A DNA stretch of 64,000 nucleotides from assembly GCA_965202985.1 (NCBI GenBank), contig CBDBCF010000001.1, forward strand, positions 768,001 through 832,000, in the 5' to 3' direction. Shown piece by piece: positions 59,566-64,000 of this stretch. The notes beneath the pieces were generated by a model. That model saw only the letters and a list, made by a program, of their open reading frames with translations, made no database searches and was not told the origin of the DNA. Made by a program: the position numbers and the translations under genes. This DNA comes from Longimicrobiales bacterium. Lineage in GTDB: Bacteria; Gemmatimonadota; Gemmatimonadetes; Longimicrobiales; Gaopeijiaceae. Every line of letters begins with the position of its first letter. Positions within the stretch are counted from its first letter, which is position 1.

Positions 59566-60711
59566 TCAACCCCACGGCGCCGAGTCGATCCCCGGCACCA
59601 GCTTCACTGCGTTCTGGTAGTAGATCTTCCGCAGGACTTCGTCGGGCAGGTCCAGGCCGTACATCTGCCAAAAGGCGTGGTAGCGGCGGTAGTAGTCGAA
59701 GTAGTCGTCGTCGGTTTCGAAGACGCGGAAATAGGTGTGGAACTCTTCCTTGTTGTAGGCGTCCTTGCCCATGAGGACGCGGTCCTGGTAGCGGATCAGC
59801 CATTGGCGGGCGAAGCGGGGCTGGCGGCCCAGCTCGTGCACGACGGCGCCCAGGCCCACGTACATGTTCGGGATCTCGTCCAGCACGCGGCCCAGGCGCG
59901 CCAAGTCGTTGCCCAGCCAGCCCAAGTGAGCGGCGATGAAGTTGGTGCTGGGGTGCGCCCGGAACATGTCGTGCTGCTCGGCGATGATCTCTTCGAAGGG
60001 CGGAAACGCCCCCGGCGGCCGAATTCGGCGCGGGCGCAGCTTGAGCTCCAGCCAACGCTCGTTGAAGCGGTCGTGGGGCTGCCAGAACTCGGCGGGGTCG
60101 GCGGAGTGGATGAGGACGGGGATCCCCAGCTCGCCGGCCTTGTCCCAGAGCGGGGCCAAGCGGGGGTCGTTCACGGGGATGCGCTCGCCGTTCACGTCAC
60201 GGTTGGTCATTCCCAGGCCCTTGAAGATCTTGAGTCCTGCGGCGCCGGCGTTCGCGTCCGCCTCCAGCTGGGCCGCCGCCCGTTGCCCCCAACCGGGCTG
60301 GCCGACGCCTCGAAAGTCGGTATTGGCGAAGAAGACGAAGCGACCGGGATGGCGGCCCGCCATCTTGGCCAGCCCTTCGACCAGTGCGGCCCCGCTCCGG
60401 CCCGAGAGGTTGACCATGACCGCCATGTTGAGTTCGTCCATCTCCGCCACCAGCTGGTCTACGTCCGCGTGCGACATGCGGGCCGCGTTCTGGTGGCCGT
60501 GGATGTCCACGAAGGGGAAGCGCGCCCGTGTCAGCGGGTTCTCGGGAACCACCAGCGTGCTGCGGGGCTGGTAATCCTCCACCGTCATCTCTTGGGCGGA
60601 CGCGGCCAGCGGCGGAACGAGCACCGTCCCCTGCGCCGCCAGGACGCAAGCCAGGGCCGCCAGCGCCTGATTGCCGGTTGCAGTCCGTCTTGGTCCCCGA
60701 TGCTTGCTCAC
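59566..60711 (-). CDS. Amidohydrolase_2 family protein, secreted
   Basis: DIHGH, LKIFK, IHSADP, AAHLGW, MGKD. Confidence 0.88.
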   Translation of the reverse strand: MSKHRGPRRTATGNQALAALACVLAAQGTVLVPPLAASAQEMTVEDYQPRSTLVVPENPLTRARFPFVDIHGHQNAARMSHADVDQLVAEMDELNMAVMVNLSGRSGAALVEGLAKMAGRHPGRFVFFANTDFRGVGQPGWGQRAAAQLEADANAGAAGLKIFKGLGMTNRDVNGERIPVNDPRLAPLWDKAGELGIPVLIHSADPAEFWQPHDRFNERWLELKLRPRRIRPPGAFPPFEEIIAEQHDMFRAHPSTNFIAAHLGWLGNDLARLGRVLDEIPNMYVGLGAVVHELGRQPRFARQWLIRYQDRVLMGKDAYNKEEFHTYFRVFETDDDYFDYYRRYHAFWQMYGLDLPDEVLRKIYYQNAVKLVPGIDSAPWG

Positions 60712-60825
60712 CGCGTGTCGTCCTCCCTCGTTGTTGCGCCATAAGACCAGGATCAAGCAACGCTTTCCAGGTCGCGAAATCGGGCCGGGTTCAACACCGC
60801 CAAGTTGCGAACCGGCACCGCCCGC
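60705..60825. repeat. Decayed direct-repeat copy of 62186-62303
   Basis: Aligns by eye with the SAM-methyltransferase 3' end (TGCTCACCGCGTGTCG...CACCGCCAAG.TGCGAACC). Confidence 0.85.
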
Positions 60826-60911
60826 TACTCTACCAACCGAGCTGCCGGCTCCCAAAGCTAACCAACGCGTTTCGCCCGTGCCCAAAGCCCGGCACCCCGA
60901 GCAGACGCCCT

Positions 60912-62000
60912 CTACCTGAACTCCAGCCTGGGCCTCAGCAGATGCAGCCAGGGCACCCCCTCCTCCGTCTCCTCGTAAGCCAAGATCATGTCGGAGCCGT
61001 GAACGAAGCCGCGAAGCGGCAGGTCGCTCCTATACCGAGCGAGAGTCCGCATCGTCTCGGGGTCGACCAAGTCCAGCATGCCATCCCCAATTTCCTGCGG
61101 GGTTGCCTCCCGACCCCATCGTTCCATCACTTTCGGGTCGTTTGTGCGACGCGTCCACCTGCGATCCGGCGTTGCCCAAAGGACCCAAAGACCACGTTCG
61201 TCGAGCCGCACGGCAAAGGCCGACGCGCCCGGGGCCCTGTACTCGGACGGCGGTGGCAACATATCCCTCTCGAGCTCCTTCACGTAGCGGTTGATTATCC
61301 GCCTCAGCTTCGGCTCGGGCAGCAGTGTCCACTCCTCGATCCGACCCGATGGGCCCTCGATCAGCCAAGCCACGGAGTCGCTTGCCGTCGCTCCGTAGTG
61401 CCGGGGCGTGAGAGCCGAGTATGCCGATCCGTCCCACCCATACGAACGCAACTCTCCATGCACGTCCAGCAGGTGCATATGGTGCCCGATGGACTCGGCC
61501 GAGAGGAGGTCGCCTCCGAAGACGACGGTACCCGACTCGGTTGTCGCCGCTTGGTTGATCCCGTTCGAGAACCTGTCCAGGCGGACGAACCGATGGTCCG
61601 TGTCCAGCAAGGTGCGGCCCCGATCCGGGTCGAAGACGTGGATGAACTGCGGTCCCACGTTGACGTGGGTGATCGCAACGTATTCGCCCGGACCTTCGCC
61701 GCTGCCGCCGATCTCGCGAACGAACGTCCCCGTCGAGTCGAAGACCGCAATGACGGGGCGGATTGCGGTCAGAAGAAATCGCCCGCGCTGGTCCACCGCG
61801 ATCTTTGAGTCGCGACTGACCAGGTGCACGCCGGGTGCGTCCAGCCCGCCCAGGGTCATCACGGTGTCAACGGCGATCCGGCACTCCGCGCACGACACCT
61901 CGCCCGAGACTTCGATTACGGGCTGGCCGGCGGCGGGCACGGCGGGTCCGGCCGCACACGCCGCCAGCGTCACGGTCGCGAGTCTCCAGAAGCGCGCCAC
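60912..62000 (-). CDS. 6-bladed beta-propeller protein, secreted
   Basis: Signal peptide; CAEC; VFDSTGTFVREIGGSGEGPGEY. Confidence 0.8.
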   Translation of the reverse strand: MARFWRLATVTLAACAAGPAVPAAGQPVIEVSGEVSCAECRIAVDTVMTLGGLDAPGVHLVSRDSKIAVDQRGRFLLTAIRPVIAVFDSTGTFVREIGGSGEGPGEYVAITHVNVGPQFIHVFDPDRGRTLLDTDHRFVRLDRFSNGINQAATTESGTVVFGGDLLSAESIGHHMHLLDVHGELRSYGWDGSAYSALTPRHYGATASDSVAWLIEGPSGRIEEWTLLPEPKLRRIINRYVKELERDMLPPPSEYRAPGASAFAVRLDERGLWVLWATPDRRWTRRTNDPKVMERWGREATPQEIGDGMLDLVDPETMRTLARYRSDLPLRGFVHGSDMILAYEETEEGVPWLHLLRPRLEFR

Positions 62001-62188
62001 TGCAGGTCAGGTCCAGCCTTCGGTCAGGGCTCTTCGACGGCAACGACCGTCACGGCGGCCAACAGTCGGGAACCGACAGGCACACGGCCCACTATGGCGT
62101 CGCCGCACCCGACTATCTGGAATGCCCATCCGCTCCGACGAGGTCCGGCCCCGCCAGCTCCGGGCCCCGGCGACTTGCCCCCGCCTGC

Positions 62189-63124
62189 TCACCGCGTGTC
62201 GCCCTCCTCGCCGTTGCGGCGCAGGACCATGATCAAGTAGCGCTTCCGGGCCGCAAATTCGGCCGGGTCCAGCACCGCCAAGCTGCGAACCAGTGCCGCC
62301 CGCCCTTCGGCCGCCGCCTCTTCCAAGACGTAGCCGGTGGCGGGGTGCTTCGCCCGCAGCTTGTCGCGCGCGAAGTCGAACGCGGGCAACCCCAAGCGGT
62401 GCGCCAGCATGTGGGCGAACCCCAGCGTCGGCAGCACGTGCGGCGTGATGTCCCGTTCGCGCGCCACGCGGAAGCCGGCGTCCTGGGCGCGTCGCCGGAA
62501 TTCGGACAGCCGCCACCCGGAGCGCTCGCCGTCCGCGCCGCGTCGGAAGTAGTCGGCCACGACCCACCGGCCCCCCGGCGCCAGCACCGCGTCCACCACG
62601 GGAAACACCTGTTCCGGCACCATGTACTGCACGGATTCGGCGTGGAGAACCGCGCCGAAGCGGCCTCTGTGGTCGGACACGGGCATCTCCTCGAATTTGC
62701 AGTGCAGCAGCGGGACGTCCGGATAGGCGCTCCGGATGTGCTCGACTTGGAAGAAGTCCGGCGTGAGGCCGGTCGCGTCGTGGCCCGCCTTGCGCAACAA
62801 GCCCAGCATTCCGCCCATGCCGGACCCCGCGTCCAGCACCGGCCGTCCGGGCGGACCGGTCAGCTCCGCCAGCAGCTCCGCGTATCGCCGTTGCGCACGC
62901 TCCAGGTCGGCGAAGCTGACCGCCTCGGGGGCCGTGTCGGGGTCGTCGAAGTACCCGTAGTGAAGGAATCCGCCCGGCAGGATGCGGCTGTACAGCAGCA
63001 GCTGGGCGTTCCCCTCGACCGTGGGAGTCCGCCGGTGCCCGCGACGCCGGCGCAGCCAGCCGACGACGTGATGCGGCGCCAGCGCCCGTGCAAGGACCCG
63101 CCCCGCAACCCGTCGCGCCGACAG
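62189..63124 (-). CDS. Class I SAM-dependent methyltransferase (tocopherol/sterol MT-like); probable CTG start
   Basis: LHYGYF...AQRRY lies in frame upstream of VLDAGSGMGG; ESVQY, LAPGGRWVVAD. Confidence 0.8.
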   Translation of the reverse strand: MSARRVAGRVLARALAPHHVVGWLRRRRGHRRTPTVEGNAQLLLYSRILPGGFLHYGYFDDPDTAPEAVSFADLERAQRRYAELLAELTGPPGRPVLDAGSGMGGMLGLLRKAGHDATGLTPDFFQVEHIRSAYPDVPLLHCKFEEMPVSDHRGRFGAVLHAESVQYMVPEQVFPVVDAVLAPGGRWVVADYFRRGADGERSGWRLSEFRRRAQDAGFRVARERDITPHVLPTLGFAHMLAHRLGLPAFDFARDKLRAKHPATGYVLEEAAAEGRAALVRSLAVLDPAEFAARKRYLIMVLRRNGEEGDTR

Positions 63125-63127
63125 GAA

Positions 63128-64000
63128 TCAGCCCCTGTTGAAGACGAAGTAGTCGTGGACGGCGCGCGCGATCTGGGCGATCACGGGCTCCCGGTCCGCG
63201 TAGTCCTCGATCCGGGACTCCTTGACGAAGACGACCGCGATCACGTGCCCTGCGCCGTCCGGCAGGTCCACGATGCCGACATCGTTGGTGGTCTGGCCGA
63301 TCGTGCCCGTCTTGTGCGCCACGCGCGTGCCCGGCGGCAGCACGCCTTTCAGTCGTCCTTCGCCGGTCCGGCACCGGTACATGATGTCCAGCAGCAGCGC
63401 CGAACTCTCTTCGGAGAGCAGCTCCCGCTCCCAGATCATGCGCAGCAGCTCGGACATGGCGACGGGCGTGGAGGTGTCCCGAAGGTCGCGGTTGAACACG
63501 GCGCTGTAGGCCGCCACGTCTTCGTCCGTGCGTTCCGACTCCAGCAGGGCCAAGTAGTCCGCCGGGGCAATGGGGGCGTTCTCGGTCACGTCGGCGCGCC
63601 CCAGCCAGTTGGCGATCAGCGCCCACGTGGGGCGGTCCACGCGCATGCCCTCGATGCCGGCGTCGCGCACTTGGGCGGTGACCGCCGCCGCGCCGCCCGC
63701 CGTCCGCATCAGCACGTCGGTGGCGATGTTGTCGCTGATCTGCAGCATGAGTTCAAGCAGGTTGTGGACGGAGAGCTGCAGCCCGGGATCGTCCAGGAGG
63801 TCGCTGATGGCGCTGGACGTGCGGTACACGTCGGCTTGGTCGATCTCGATCATGTCGGACAGCGCCAGGTCGCCTTGGTCCACCATGGACAGAATGCGCG
63901 CGGCGATCGGGACCTTGTAGGTGCTGGCCATGGGGAAGGCCTCGTCGCCGTTCAGGGTGAAGCCGCGCCCAGTCTCCAGGTGGTGCGCCGCCACGCCCAC
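63128..64000 (-). CDS. Class A beta-lactamase-like serine hydrolase, 5'-partial
   Basis: STYK, SDN and KTG motifs. Confidence 0.88.
   Translation of the reverse strand: MGVAAHHLETGRGFTLNGDEAFPMASTYKVPIAARILSMVDQGDLALSDMIEIDQADVYRTSSAISDLLDDPGLQLSVHNLLELMLQISDNIATDVLMRTAGGAAAVTAQVRDAGIEGMRVDRPTWALIANWLGRADVTENAPIAPADYLALLESERTDEDVAAYSAVFNRDLRDTSTPVAMSELLRMIWERELLSEESSALLLDIMYRCRTGEGRLKGVLPPGTRVAHKTGTIGQTTNDVGIVDLPDGAGHVIAVVFVKESRIEDYADREPVIAQIARAVHDYFVFNRG

Overview
High-GC bacterial chromosome segment. The gene repertoire (GPGEF-motif beta-propellers, DUF5916, Rpn copies, LysW pathway) suggests Gemmatimonadota, possibly host-associated; this assignment is inference. Most genes are on the minus strand. 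In order: a beta-propeller and a Fic protein; a surface-glycan cluster (asnB-like, HTTM protein, epimerase, GT4, glucuronyl C5-epimerase, neuA/neuC/dehydrogenase/neuB); rimI-tsaB-tsaE-uvrB-relA; a LysW carrier-protein cluster (lysW, X, Y, Z, J; no lysK here) interrupted by Rpn copies and a GH3 gene; housekeeping genes (rsmA, rsbU/W/V-like, pta, coaD, rsmD, recJ, dnaG, mutS2, yqeY); and an accessory region with a PafB/PafC-like WYL pair, a type II RM pair, a DRB0094-type RNA ligase and a class A beta-lactamase-like gene. Best leads: (1) an EgtC-like Ntn hydrolase overlapping lysZ that may replace LysK; (2) back-to-back TGTC-N12-TAnnnT promoters of the PafBC type beside the WYL pair; (3) an RNA ligase apparently co-transcribed with an RM pair whose nuclease is broken by an exact 8-bp duplication; (4) Rpn loci with internal RBS-ATG small ORFs, one surviving in a decayed copy. 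No rRNA, tRNA or CRISPR array was seen. Start codons were chosen by eye.
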